From contig DASCQM010000011.1 in NCBI GenBank assembly GCA_036013055.1, forward strand, positions 1,132 to 65,131: DNA of 64,000 nucleotides, in the 5' to 3' direction. This stretch comes from Dehalococcoidia bacterium (lineage in GTDB: Bacteria > Chloroflexota > Dehalococcoidia > UBA2979). This document shows positions 48,050 to 57,822 of the stretch, piece after piece; position 1 is the stretch's first letter; each line of letters begins with the position of its first letter. Below the pieces are notes generated by a model. The model ran no database searches. It was not told the origin of the DNA and was given only the letters and a program-made list of their open reading frames with translations. The position numbers and the translations under genes were made by a program.

Positions 48050-48565
48050 CTAGTCGCCCTCGACGCGCAACAACAGGCCGTACAAGACATCGCCCGGCGG
48101 CGCGATCACCATGGCGCTCACCACGTACAGCCCCGGCGTGAGATCCGCGTCGAACGCGACGCTTCCGCCACCGATCGACGCTGCGAGCGACATCGGATCC
48201 CCCGACGGGCTCCATGCCAGCCAGTCGGGCGCGCTCTCGATCGGTTGATCGCTCTCCACCGACCACGCGTGCAGCGCGATCTCGACATCGGTCAGCAACG
48301 GCGAGTCCAGCGCCACAGTCTCGCGAACGGCGACGACAAGCGGGTCGACGTTGGTGATCCGTCCGATCGAATCCGCACATAACGCGAACTGCTCTTCGGC
48401 GCTCCGCCAGCAGTAACTGCCAAGCCCCAGTTGCACCTCGCTGCCGTCGCTGCCGGACGCCACGACGGCTGGCGGGCTCACCGAGTCAGGCGCGGGGGAG
48501 CCGTCACAGGCGTCGGCGCCCACAATCGCCATCGCGAGCAGGGCCACGATCCACCTTCTCCGCAT
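48050..48565 (-). CDS. secreted/lipoprotein of unknown function
   Basis: MRRRWIVALLAMAIVGADAC is a signal peptide with a lipobox-like Cys. No family recognised. Confidence 0.5.
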   Translation of the reverse strand: MRRRWIVALLAMAIVGADACDGSPAPDSVSPPAVVASGSDGSEVQLGLGSYCWRSAEEQFALCADSIGRITNVDPLVVAVRETVALDSPLLTDVEIALHAWSVESDQPIESAPDWLAWSPSGDPMSLAASIGGGSVAFDADLTPGLYVVSAMVIAPPGDVLYGLLLRVEGD

Positions 48566-48757
48566 CGGTTCCGCCCATCCTCATCGCATCAACTGCAAGC
48601 CTCTGCTCACTGGACGTCGCACGACGCCCGAATGTTCCCAGCGGCCGCCCTCAGTTCACAGCATGAGGATGGCCCGCAGTGTGGCTGGCCTACGCCTGAT
48701 CGACCGCAATTGGAGCGCGAAAGGGATTCGAGCCATCGCCCACAGTGCAGTCGACCC

Positions 48758-49723
48758 TCAGTCCCCGATCGTAATGACGACGTTGCCAATCTTCTGGCCA
48801 GTCTCGACGTAGGTGTGCGCCTCGACGATCTGATCGAGGGAGTAGCGGCGGTCGATCACCGGCCTGAACTGACCGGACTCCATGAGCTCCTTGAAGTAGT
48901 TGATCATCTGCTGATTGTGCTTCGGGATCGGCATCATCACCTTGCGGCCTCGGGACAGCGGTGAGACCAGGGCGAGGATGGGATTCTGCGCCCACGGACC
49001 CATCTCCGAGGAGAAGTAGATTCCACTGGGCCTGAGCAGCCGCTTGCATTGACCGAACGTGCTCTTGCCGACGGCATCGAAGACGACGTCGAAGGTCTGC
49101 CCGTCCGCAGTAAAGTCCTCGCGCCGGTAGTCGATGACGCGATCGGCGCCCTGCGCCTCGACGAGTGCCACGCTCTCGGTCCCGCAAACGGCGGTCACGT
49201 TTGCTCCAAGGCTGACCAAGATCTGTACCGCCGCCGAGCCAATCGCTCCCGTCGCGCCGTTAACGATGACGTCGTGCCCGCGGTCGACCTTCGCCGCCCG
49301 GATCATCGCGAGGGCGTAGTGCGAGCCTTCAGTCCCCGGTGCGGTGTCCTCGAAGCTCAGGTTCGTGGGCATCATGGCGATCGAACGATCCTCGGCAATC
49401 GTCATGTACTCCGCGTGCGCGCCGAACGGTCCCTCGTTGTAGCCGAACACCCGGTCCCCTACGTCGAACGACGAGACGTCGCTACCAATCGCCTCCACCT
49501 CGCCAGCGAACTCGTTCCCGAGGACTGTCGCTTTCGGCTTGCGCAGCCCCGTGACGACTTTCGCGAAGAACGGCGTGCCCGCACGCGTGTGGCAATCCGT
49601 CCGATTCACCGTCGACGCCCGAACCCGCACGAGCAGCTCGTCGGCCTGAGGGGTCGGCTTCGGCACGTCGATGACGCGAATCACTTGCGGCGGGCCATAC
49701 CTTGTGTGAACTGCAGCCTTCAT
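48758..49723 (-). CDS. NAD(P)-dependent MDR-family oxidoreductase (quinone oxidoreductase/ADH-like)
   Basis: MKAAVHTRYGPP...LLVRVRASTVNRTDC, GNEFAGEVEAIG, VIVNGATGAIGSAAVQI (Rossmann fold). Confidence 0.8.
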   Translation of the reverse strand: MKAAVHTRYGPPQVIRVIDVPKPTPQADELLVRVRASTVNRTDCHTRAGTPFFAKVVTGLRKPKATVLGNEFAGEVEAIGSDVSSFDVGDRVFGYNEGPFGAHAEYMTIAEDRSIAMMPTNLSFEDTAPGTEGSHYALAMIRAAKVDRGHDVIVNGATGAIGSAAVQILVSLGANVTAVCGTESVALVEAQGADRVIDYRREDFTADGQTFDVVFDAVGKSTFGQCKRLLRPSGIYFSSEMGPWAQNPILALVSPLSRGRKVMMPIPKHNQQMINYFKELMESGQFRPVIDRRYSLDQIVEAHTYVETGQKIGNVVITIGD

Positions 49724-49934
49724 CGCGGACAGACCTTTCGCGTCAGCAGCGAGCTACGTCAGTCGCTCTCGCGCCCGGAACCGGACAAGCGAAGCCTAGC
49801 GGTTGTGCGCATGCGCCGTGAACGGCAGTCGATGCTCCGAGAACCGATGGTCCGAGAGCGCGGCACGTGAGGCTCGCCGAGATGGCTGCGACGGCACGCT
49901 CCGGCTCATGCGAAGATCGGTCGGCGATGAGGCA

Positions 49935-50510
49935 ATGACAGGAACCATGGAAGACGTTCGTGGACGACGCGGGAGCCGTCGAAGGATCGGGGGCTGGGCG
50001 GCATTCGTGGCGCTCATTCTGTCGCTACCCCTGCTCGCGATGCGGGTCACGGACGAGGTGGTTTGGACTGCGTTCGATTTCGCCCTCGCCGGTGCCCTCC
50101 TCTTCGGCACTGGAGTCGCCTACGAACTGGCAACGAGGGTCAGGGGCGACATGGCGTACAGAGCCGCCGTCGGCGTGGCGCTCGTGGCTGGACTCACTCT
50201 CGCCTGGGTGAACGGCGCCGTGGGCGTCATCGGGAGTGACGACGACCCCGCGAACCTGATGTTTGGCGGGGTGCTCGCCGTCGGCATGATCGGCGCGATC
50301 GTCGTGCGCTTTCAGCCAGACGGGATGGCACGCGCGCTGTTCGCGACCGCGCTCGCTCAGGCATTGGTGGCCGTGATCGTGCTGATCTTCGGGTTCGGAT
50401 CCACCGTGCCGGACTGGCCTCGGGACACCCTGATGCTGAGCGGGTTCTTTGCGGGGCTGTGGCTCACGTCGGCCTGGCTGTTTCGGCAGGCGTCGCGAGA
50501 ACGATCCTAG
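49935..50510 (+). CDS. hypothetical membrane protein (about 5 TM helices)
   Basis: ATG 49935 within ORF 49803..50510. Repeated hydrophobic helices. No family recognised. Confidence 0.45.
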   Translation: MTGTMEDVRGRRGSRRRIGGWAAFVALILSLPLLAMRVTDEVVWTAFDFALAGALLFGTGVAYELATRVRGDMAYRAAVGVALVAGLTLAWVNGAVGVIGSDDDPANLMFGGVLAVGMIGAIVVRFQPDGMARALFATALAQALVAVIVLIFGFGSTVPDWPRDTLMLSGFFAGLWLTSAWLFRQASRERS

Positions 50511-50608
50511 CCCGGGCTAGTCGCTCGCCGCCTCCCGCGCCTCGAACTCGATCCCGAACTTCGATGCTTCAGAGGCGGCTGGTCGTACTCAAGGCTGCCG
50601 GAGTGGGT

Positions 50609-51043
50609 CTAATCGCCGGGCCGCACTACGAGCACCGGACAGGGGCTCAGCCGGAGGAGACTCTGGGCGACGCTTCCGAGCAGCAGACCCTGCACGCCCG
50701 ACGCATGCTTGCTGGCAACCACCACGATGTCGGCCCCAGATTCGCGAGCGACGTGCGCGATGTGGCCGGCAACGTCGTCTCCGTGCTCGAACGCCTCGAT
50801 GCGGAGGGTCGCTGGCGGATTGCCGAGCTTCTTCAGCAATTCCTCCGCGTCAGCCTGCTCACGCGTCGCAACCTTGCTCAGGCCCTCTGATGCTGATGAC
50901 GCATCTGTGTCGATCGCGTCGGTGTGGGGATTCAGAACGTGGAGGACGGTGAGTTCTGCGTCGGCTTCGCCCGCCAGCGCGATCGCCCTGCCCAGGGCCA
51001 CCGCGGAGTTCTCGGAGCCGTCGTACGCGGCAAGTAACTTCAT
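50609..51043 (-). CDS. universal stress protein (UspA family)
   Basis: KLLAAYDGSENS...LTVLHV...ADIVVVASKHASGVQGLLLGSVAQSLLRLSPCPVLVV is the classic USP ATP-binding C-terminus. Confidence 0.85.
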   Translation of the reverse strand: MKLLAAYDGSENSAVALGRAIALAGEADAELTVLHVLNPHTDAIDTDASSASEGLSKVATREQADAEELLKKLGNPPATLRIEAFEHGDDVAGHIAHVARESGADIVVVASKHASGVQGLLLGSVAQSLLRLSPCPVLVVRPGD

Positions 51044-51244
51044 TGAGCCTCTTCCTACTCGTTCGCGGGCGACGGCCGCCCCTGGTCAGCGTACCGACCG
51101 AGACTCAAGCGGATCCCGTCGCGAAGTTCGGGACTTCGCGCCGGGAGCGAGCCGATTCGAGCCCTCGTGATCAGAAGCATGGCTTCGCTTCGGCCTCTCA
51201 CGATCGCGCCTGCATGCTCGCGGCACTCTGATTCATGCGTCTCG

Positions 51245-52474
51245 CTACCCGCTGCCTGATGCCGCGTTGCCATCATGCTGCTCGGCTGCACCCCCGGTCT
51301 GGAGGTATTCGTCGCGCGCGCTGCCCCAGAGGGCAGGGAGATCCGCTCGCTTCACGAACAAGATGCCGACAGTGAGCACCAAGTAGGCCGCCGTGATCAC
51401 GATTCGGACCGCCGTCGTCGGGATCGCGAATTGCACCGCGAAGAGGGCGAAAATCAGCGCCGCCTGGCGCGTACTCAACGACAGGCCGACCAGGAGTGCC
51501 ACCGCGAAGGCCGACTGCGCGGCGGTAAGCAGAACCTCGAGCGTCTGACGGTCGTCGAGCGGAAGTCCGCCCAAGGTGTCGCCGGAGAGGCCAAAGGCGA
51601 CCGGAAGCCCACCAATCAGTAGCGTCCACTGGTTGACCTTCGAGGAGAGCAGCACCCCGATCGCAACGGCGCCACGGCCGCGGAATGCGAGGATTCCGGC
51701 GATCAGGAACTCCGGAGCCTCTGACGCCAGTGGCGCGACCCACTGCACCAGCAAGAACTCGTCGACACCGAGGACGTGGCCGCTCTCGACCAGACCCTCG
51801 GCGAACGGCTCCGCCGAGGCCAGGATGGCTATCGCGGAGTACACGAACAGCGCACCGATCGAGGATCGTCGCTGACGCAGTGGCAACGAGCCGATGCTGC
51901 GCGCCGGCCCGACCAGCTCGGGTTCTTCGGCGGGTGCTCGCGCGATTATGTAGACGTAGCCGATGAAGATCGCGGTCAGAAAGAACGTGTCATACAACCC
52001 CACCGAGCCTGTCAACGGGATTGTGAATGAGTAGAGCGTGGCAACGCTCAACGCGACGATCGCCACCGCGTGGTCACCCTCAAGCACGATTTCGCGCAGC
52101 CTCGTTCGGAACCAGAAGACCGCGACGATCACCGGCCAGCCGAGGCCGATCAGCAGTCGGTTGGCGCCGGTCATGTTCGCGACGGCGTAGGGCGCGAATT
52201 CGGGGTCCTCTCCGGCTTTCCAGGCGAAGGTCATGTCCACGGCGTACTCGGGGAGCACCGCGATCAACGCGATGAATGCGACAGCGAGACCCTGCGAGAT
52301 GTCCACCTCGGCCGCTTCCGCCGCCCAGCTGAGAAGGAAGGCGGCCGCGACGATGGTGAGACCGTAGAGGGCCGTATCGGAGACCGTCCCGAGGTGCGTT
52401 TCGGTGATTCGTAGAATCGGGCCGGGCAGCGCGGCCACGAGGGTTAGACCGACAACGACGGGCGTTCTGCTCAT
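51245..52474 (-). CDS. CaCA-superfamily cation antiporter (Na+/Ca2+ exchanger-like membrane protein)
   Basis: Multi-TM protein with two alpha-repeat-like motifs, AVLPEYAVD and LASEAPEFLIAGILA. ATG 52474 within ORF 51245..52498. Confidence 0.6.
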   Translation of the reverse strand: MSRTPVVVGLTLVAALPGPILRITETHLGTVSDTALYGLTIVAAAFLLSWAAEAAEVDISQGLAVAFIALIAVLPEYAVDMTFAWKAGEDPEFAPYAVANMTGANRLLIGLGWPVIVAVFWFRTRLREIVLEGDHAVAIVALSVATLYSFTIPLTGSVGLYDTFFLTAIFIGYVYIIARAPAEEPELVGPARSIGSLPLRQRRSSIGALFVYSAIAILASAEPFAEGLVESGHVLGVDEFLLVQWVAPLASEAPEFLIAGILAFRGRGAVAIGVLLSSKVNQWTLLIGGLPVAFGLSGDTLGGLPLDDRQTLEVLLTAAQSAFAVALLVGLSLSTRQAALIFALFAVQFAIPTTAVRIVITAAYLVLTVGILFVKRADLPALWGSARDEYLQTGGAAEQHDGNAASGSG

Positions 52475-52612
52475 GACTGTGCCCGCGTGGGGTGGCACGC
52501 GCGTGTTCGACTACGACTGGCTTCCGCAGCGCCCGGACGCATCACGCGATATCGACGATCACGCACCGGGGAACCGATTGGAAACGGGGCCGGCATCCAA
52601 TCTGCACGCTAA

Positions 52613-53131
52613 TCAAGACTGATCCTCCGTCACTTCACGCTGCTCTCGCGCGCGCCGTGCCTCATCGTGCACCTGCATGATCGGTTCGAGCAGGTCGACG
52701 CGACGGACGAGGCCGACGAGCTTGCCATCGCGGACGACCGGCAACGAGTGGTACGGCTCATCAGCGAAGATCTCGGCGACCCGCTGAAGCGTCTCTGTCT
52801 CGTCGATGGTGACAACCGGGGACGTCATGCTGTTGGCGACGACATCCTCGCTGGCTCGTCTCTGTAGCTCAAGATGTCCGAGCGCCGCCTCGATGGAAGA
52901 GGTGATCTCGCGCAGGTGGTGGCCTCCCGGTACCTGCTCACTGAGCACCATGCGGACGACATCGCCATCGGTGACGATGCCGATCGGCTGGGCCTGATCG
53001 TCGACGACCACGAAGCAGCCATGGTCGGCGGTCGCGATCTCAACAAACATCTGACGCGCCGGGGTAGCCGGATCGATCGTCGCGACACTCCGCTGCATCA
53101 CGTCGACGACCTTGTACTTGCTCAGGGGCAC
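52613..53131 (-). CDS. CBS-domain pair protein
   Basis: VVDVMQRSVATIDPATP...FVVVDDQAQPIGIVTDGDVVR and VANSMTSPVVTIDETETL...LPVVRDGKLVGLVRRVDLL form two CBS motifs. GTG 53131 (GAGG 7 nt upstream) is preferred to the ORF-track start 53227. Confidence 0.75.
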   Translation of the reverse strand: MPLSKYKVVDVMQRSVATIDPATPARQMFVEIATADHGCFVVVDDQAQPIGIVTDGDVVRMVLSEQVPGGHHLREITSSIEAALGHLELQRRASEDVVANSMTSPVVTIDETETLQRVAEIFADEPYHSLPVVRDGKLVGLVRRVDLLEPIMQVHDEARRAREQREVTEDQS

Positions 53132-53457
53132 GCGGGTACCTCGGTGGCCCTGCGTGTCCACGCGCGCAGTCGCTGGTGGTCGAGCAAGATGTGCCGTCCT
53201 CCGGCCAGGGACGACAGCGCGAAACATCGTTGGCTTGTCTCAAGCGACGGAGTCTGCACGCGTATCTCACCGCCCGCAGAGCGATCCGGTCGTCGCGACT
53301 GCGGAGTCCAGAGTTGTTCCGCCACTATAGGTGATCGAGATGTTTGGCCACTATTGAGGATCAACGGGACTGACTGCCTGCGCCTTCCGGAAGTGCGAGC
53401 ACGCCGGGCGCATGAAGCCCGACGCGTCGTCAGGCTGCCGCGAAAGCGATCCACATA

Positions 53458-54837
53458 TCAATCGATGTCCGGTGCGGCTCGGCCCATGGAACGAAGAGTG
53501 AGGTAGCCAGCCACTCCGGACACCACCGAGGCCGCCAGGATGCCTACCTTGGCCTCGTCTTGCAGGATCGGGCTGGTGTAGGCCAGCTCAGTCACGAACA
53601 AGGAGATCGTGAAGCCGATACCGGCAAGCATGCCGACACCGAGCACGCCGGCCCACGTCACGCCGTCGGGCCGCTCGCCGCCCAGGCGCAGAGCGATGGC
53701 ATACCCGACGGTCAGTCCGATCGGCTTTCCCAGTACGAGGCCAGCCAGGATCGCCCAGGTCAGCGAGGAACCGAGTGCGTTGCCTAAGGCACCCCCCTGG
53801 AGCGAAACCCCGGCGTTTGCCCACGCGAACAGGGGAACAATGACGAAGGCCACCCACGGGAGTAGTTCGTGTTCGATGCGGTCAAGCGGTGCCACAGTCT
53901 CTCGGGTGATCTCGCTCATCTGCAGAAGCGCTTCAGTTCGCTGCTCACGCCCGCTCACGTCCGGCGCGGAACCGATCCCCTCACGCAGTTCGGTCAGCGT
54001 GCGTTCCGCGTTCTCTTCGAAGTCCGCTGAGCTGTACCAGGATCGCCATGGTGTCATCAGGCCCAGCGCGACCCCAACGACCGTCGGGTGAACACCCGAT
54101 TCCAGAACAGCCGCCCATGCCGCGATGCCAAGAAGCATGTAGATCGTATTCGGGCGCACCCCGATCCGGGTCAGCACCGGGACCAGGCCGAGGAGACCGA
54201 CACCAATCAGGAGAGGGACTATCTCTACGACTTCGGTGTAGAACACGGTGATCACTAGGACCGCACCGAGGTCGTCAAAGATCGCAGCCGCCAGCAGCAG
54301 CACCTTCAATTGAACTGGAACACGGGGCCCGAGCAACGCTACGACGCCAAGGGCGAATGCGATATCGGTCGCCATCGGCACGCCCCAGCCCGCGCTGGCC
54401 TCGTCGCCCTGCGCAAGCAGGAGAAAGAGTCCTATCGGCACCAACATTCCACCGAGCGCGGCAAGGAGCGGAGCGACAACCCGGCGAAACGTTCGGAGTT
54501 CGCCAACCACCATTTCCCGCTTGATCTCCATGCCGACCAGGAAGAAGAAGACGACCATTGCGACGTCGTTCACCCAGAAGTGGAACGGCTCATCGACTCG
54601 GATGATGCCGAGATCAACGACAAGCGGAGACTCGAGCAGGTCGTGATAGACGTCGGACCAGGGTGAGTTAGCCCAGACGATCGCGACCACGGCCGCCGCA
54701 ACCAGGACGATCCCTCCGGCGCCTTCCGTGTTGATGACGTCCTGGACCGGCGAAACAAACCGCCGATGAGGTACCGGCCGATGTCGATCGCCGGCGATGC
54801 CAGATTCGTCGCTAGGCACTACTGCTCGTCGCTCCAC
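53458..54837 (-). CDS. nhaA: Na+/H+ antiporter NhaA
   Basis: EGAGGIVLVAAAVVAIVWANSPW, FWVNDVAMVVFFFLVGMEIKRE, ATDIAFALGV, FDDLGAV: NhaA signatures. Confidence 0.9.
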   Translation of the reverse strand: MERRAVVPSDESGIAGDRHRPVPHRRFVSPVQDVINTEGAGGIVLVAAAVVAIVWANSPWSDVYHDLLESPLVVDLGIIRVDEPFHFWVNDVAMVVFFFLVGMEIKREMVVGELRTFRRVVAPLLAALGGMLVPIGLFLLLAQGDEASAGWGVPMATDIAFALGVVALLGPRVPVQLKVLLLAAAIFDDLGAVLVITVFYTEVVEIVPLLIGVGLLGLVPVLTRIGVRPNTIYMLLGIAAWAAVLESGVHPTVVGVALGLMTPWRSWYSSADFEENAERTLTELREGIGSAPDVSGREQRTEALLQMSEITRETVAPLDRIEHELLPWVAFVIVPLFAWANAGVSLQGGALGNALGSSLTWAILAGLVLGKPIGLTVGYAIALRLGGERPDGVTWAGVLGVGMLAGIGFTISLFVTELAYTSPILQDEAKVGILAASVVSGVAGYLTLRSMGRAAPDID

Positions 54838-55298
54838 TGGTGCGGTGTATTCGTCATCGGCGGCGGCGCACCGGCGGACGGCGATCTGAAGACGGCGCGT
54901 GGCGATCGACGTGAGGCGACGTGCACGTTGCCGAAACCGCCCACGCTGACGACGGCATCAGGGGTGTTCTTGAGTGCGATGATGCCGTCCGTCCCAGCGT
55001 GCTCGTCGACCGTGATCGCACATTCGCTTCCTGCATCCTACCGCGAAGCAAACGGACGCCGTAGGCGCTCGATCATATGCCGATCGTCGCGTGCTCTCGA
55101 ACGTTGACCGAAATTCGCTCGGGTTCCAAGGCCGCCACTTGTGGGCAGGGACAGCGTCGGAGATTCGCAGCGCTGTCGCGACGGGTCATGCCGCAACCGC
55201 CAGCATGCCAAATCGTGTCGTCACCAGAGTCGCAGAGTTGACGGCATACGCGAAATAACACAACGATGCTGCCTGTACAGATAGAGGAACAGAGACCT

Positions 55299-55985
55299 AT
55301 GGCCTCAACAATCGACGTAAAGAACCTCCTTCAGCTCCGAGTGCCGCCGGTCGCGGTTGGGCTCTTCGATGAACCCCCGGCTGGGGTTGACCGCTACGAC
55401 CAAGAAGCGACTGCCTCGGGTTGTACGTTCTGGCAGATAGCGCAACAAGGGCACGTCTTCTACACGGAGCCGGATGATCACCATTGCGCGGTTGGGTCGT
55501 ACACGCACAGCATGGCGCCAGCGCCGGACGCCGACCTACCCGGCACTATCGAGTTGATGGTGGCTCAGAACTACATCAAGCCCGACGAGGTGGCGGGCAT
55601 TCCCACGCTCGCCGACTCACCGTCGGTGGTCGCGTACGGCCCCGCACTTGCGGAGGCGTTTGACCCTGCAGTCGTCGTCGTCGCAGCGCAGCCGGCTCAG
55701 GCGATGCTGTTCTCGGAGGCGGCCGTACGAGCTGGCGCGGGTGAAGCCGTGTCATCGCTGATTGCCCGACCCGGATGCGCGGTCATCCCACAAGCCGTCG
55801 GCGATGGGATTGCAGCGATGTCGTTTGGCTGCATCGGCAATCGCACCTACACGGGACTCCCAGACGGTGAGCTCTACGTGGCGATTCCCGGAGCAAGCTG
55901 GACCGGCGTAACCGAAGCGCTGCAGGCAATCATGGAAGCGAACAACTCGATGGAGTCGCACTACAAGTCGACGCTCATCCAGTAG
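55299..55985 (+). CDS. DUF169-family protein
   Basis: ATG 55299 within ORF 55266..55985. PVAVGLFDEPP...CTFWQIAQQGHVFYTEPDDHHCAVGSYTH...ARPGCAVIPQA...SFGCIGNRTYTGL resembles the DUF169/COG2043 pattern. Confidence 0.6.
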   Translation: MASTIDVKNLLQLRVPPVAVGLFDEPPAGVDRYDQEATASGCTFWQIAQQGHVFYTEPDDHHCAVGSYTHSMAPAPDADLPGTIELMVAQNYIKPDEVAGIPTLADSPSVVAYGPALAEAFDPAVVVVAAQPAQAMLFSEAAVRAGAGEAVSSLIARPGCAVIPQAVGDGIAAMSFGCIGNRTYTGLPDGELYVAIPGASWTGVTEALQAIMEANNSMESHYKSTLIQ

Positions 55986-56006
55986 CTCGGCGGCGGCGCG
56001 CGCGGG

Positions 56007-56204
56007 TTACCTCGCGACCGAGCCGGCGCTACTGACGGAGGGAACGAGGCGGTAGGTAAACGTGATGCAGCCGGGCGATTCGTCCTCGCAGTAGTAGGAG
56101 TCGAAGCGCACGATCGCATCCTGACCCTCGCCGGTTCGGATCAAGTAGACGTCGTCGCGGGCGACGATCACGTGCCGCACGAAGTTGTAGAAGTACCACT
56201 TCAT
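56007..56204 (-). CDS. 65-codon ORF resembling only the C-terminal strands of an HmuY-like beta-protein (stand-alone mini-protein or gene remnant)
   Basis: By manual count, about 89% G/C at third positions. MKWYFYNFVRHVIVARDDVYLIRTGEGQDAIVRFDSYYCEDESPGCITFTYRLV.... The W-x-Y...VYxxRTxxGxxAxxxxxSYY...G-ITFxY layout recalls HmuY-family C-termini. The upstream minus-strand frame is Arg-rich and unconvincing. Confidence 0.45.
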   Translation of the reverse strand: MKWYFYNFVRHVIVARDDVYLIRTGEGQDAIVRFDSYYCEDESPGCITFTYRLVPSVSSAGSVAR

Positions 56205-56273
56205 GATCTCGGGGTTACGCACCTCGTCGCCGTCGACCTCTGGGCTCCGGCGGCTGCGTGGCGCGCTGCTGAG

Positions 56274-57797
56274 ATGTCGCAGGACTCGACGGGGCTCTGG
56301 CATTGGTCGGCCGACTTCTCCCGACCACCTGACCTCACGGAAGGGGAATGGGGAGAGCCGGTCGCGCTCGAGCTGGCGACCACACGAGGTCAGGCGATTC
56401 AGAACGTCGATCTGTCGGGCGGGACTCTGGTCCACTTCGGCTCTCAGGAAGACGGCGGTGGTGACGAACCGCTCGCGGACACGCAGACGCCCGACGACGT
56501 AGACGATGGTGCGGGCGACGGCGCAGGAGGCGGCGGCGACGGCGAGGAGATCAGCGATGACCGCGGGCGCGGCATCAATGGGGCCACCAGCCGGCTCGAC
56601 GAGATCGTGCTGGAGCTCTATCCGGATGACCCTGACAGGCAGGAACTTGTCGCTGCGGGAACGATCGGCGACCTCTTCCGCGACCTGCGCGGCAAGGACC
56701 AGGTGAAGGAAGTTACCGACGCGCTCAAGGCCGCAGTCAAGGGCGAAGCCCTCATCGATCGCACCGTGGACCTCGAGAGCGACGAGGACGTCACTACCGA
56801 GGTCGATAAGGCCACAGGCAAGGATCGCCGCGTCGTGATCGTCTCGTCGGCGTCCAACGAAGTGACGGTCCGCGTGCCGGTGCAGGCGATCGAGAAGTCC
56901 GGCCAGTTCGTCGCGGTTGACGTTGAGCCGATCGAGGATCTCACGACGTTCTCGGCGAGTATCCCGCTGCCGAGCACCACCGTGGACACGACAGATGACT
57001 CCGGGACGCCAATCGTGACGGCGATTGACGTGGAATTGACCGACGAGAACGGTACACCGCTGACCGCGTTCGACGAGGACCTGACGATCACGCTGCAGGT
57101 CGATCCGGCAACGAAGAATCTCGACTCGCTCGTCGTCGCCTCCTTCAATGACAGGAGCGCCAGCTGGACACCGATCGCGGCGACCGTCTCGTCGAACGGT
57201 GTCGTCGAGTTCTCGGTCAATCACCTCACGCTCTTCGCCCTGCTGAGAATGGTTGAGGTGACGCACACGCTGAGCGCTGGCCTGAACTCAGTGACGTTCA
57301 CCGGACCGTCCGGGACGCTACCGGGTGCCGTCGCAGCCCAGATCGGCAACTCGCTTGAGAACCTGCTGACCTTCGATGTGCCAACCCAGTCGTTCCTCAG
57401 CTACGCGCCGGGGGCTTCTGCCACGTTCAACACGCTGGAAGCGCTCAGCCAGCGTGAAGCGTTGTTCGTACGCGTGACCCGCGGGCCGGTGGCCTGGACC
57501 GAGACCGACATCATCCCCAGTGCGACAGGAAGCCGTACGGTTGCCGTGGTGCAGGGCCTGAACGCCGTTGGCTTCACGGGCCGTGATGGTACCGACGTCG
57601 CTGAAATCGCGTCGCTCGACGCAGGAATCGAGTCAGTCTCTCGGTTCGAGACGGCCACGCAGCGGTGGCTCACGTACGTGCCCGGAGCTCCCACATTCGC
57701 GAACTCGCTGACGTCGATCGGACGCCTGGACGTCATCTTCGTCCGCTACTCAGGGCCGGCGGGGTTGATCGAGTTACCGGAAGTCGGCGGCGAATAG
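56274..57797 (+). CDS. large acidic hypothetical protein with two tandem C-terminal repeats of about 85 aa; no signal peptide seen
   Basis: ATG 56274 within ORF 56172..57797. There is a Gly/Asp-rich low-complexity segment. The C-terminal repeats align: GLNSVTFTGPSGT...TQSFLSYAPGA..FNTL....ALFVRV with GLNAVGFTGRDGT...TQRWLTYVPGAPTFANSL....VIFVRY. Confidence 0.55.
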   Translation: MSQDSTGLWHWSADFSRPPDLTEGEWGEPVALELATTRGQAIQNVDLSGGTLVHFGSQEDGGGDEPLADTQTPDDVDDGAGDGAGGGGDGEEISDDRGRGINGATSRLDEIVLELYPDDPDRQELVAAGTIGDLFRDLRGKDQVKEVTDALKAAVKGEALIDRTVDLESDEDVTTEVDKATGKDRRVVIVSSASNEVTVRVPVQAIEKSGQFVAVDVEPIEDLTTFSASIPLPSTTVDTTDDSGTPIVTAIDVELTDENGTPLTAFDEDLTITLQVDPATKNLDSLVVASFNDRSASWTPIAATVSSNGVVEFSVNHLTLFALLRMVEVTHTLSAGLNSVTFTGPSGTLPGAVAAQIGNSLENLLTFDVPTQSFLSYAPGASATFNTLEALSQREALFVRVTRGPVAWTETDIIPSATGSRTVAVVQGLNAVGFTGRDGTDVAEIASLDAGIESVSRFETATQRWLTYVPGAPTFANSLTSIGRLDVIFVRYSGPAGLIELPEVGGE

Positions 57798-57822
57798 GCG
57801 CCAGCTATCGCCCCCGGCCTGC

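Noticed and set aside
48566-48757. A 10-bp inverted repeat, CCATCCTCAT ... ATGAGGATGG, spanning about 90 nt upstream of the lipoprotein gene, considered as a possible riboswitch or leader.
   Set aside because: It is a single long-range pairing with no supporting sub-structure or recognisable motif, so there is not enough evidence.
54860-55015. A minus-strand stretch translating to ECAITVDEHAGTDGIIALKNTPDAVVSVGGFGNVHVA, faintly reminiscent of the VDEYGGxxGxxTxxD segment of CorC/CNNM CBS-pair proteins. It could be a gene remnant upstream of nhaA.
   Set aside because: It has no start codon, an in-frame TAG lies immediately upstream, only about 40 codons have coding-like bias, and the similarity is too short to support a call.
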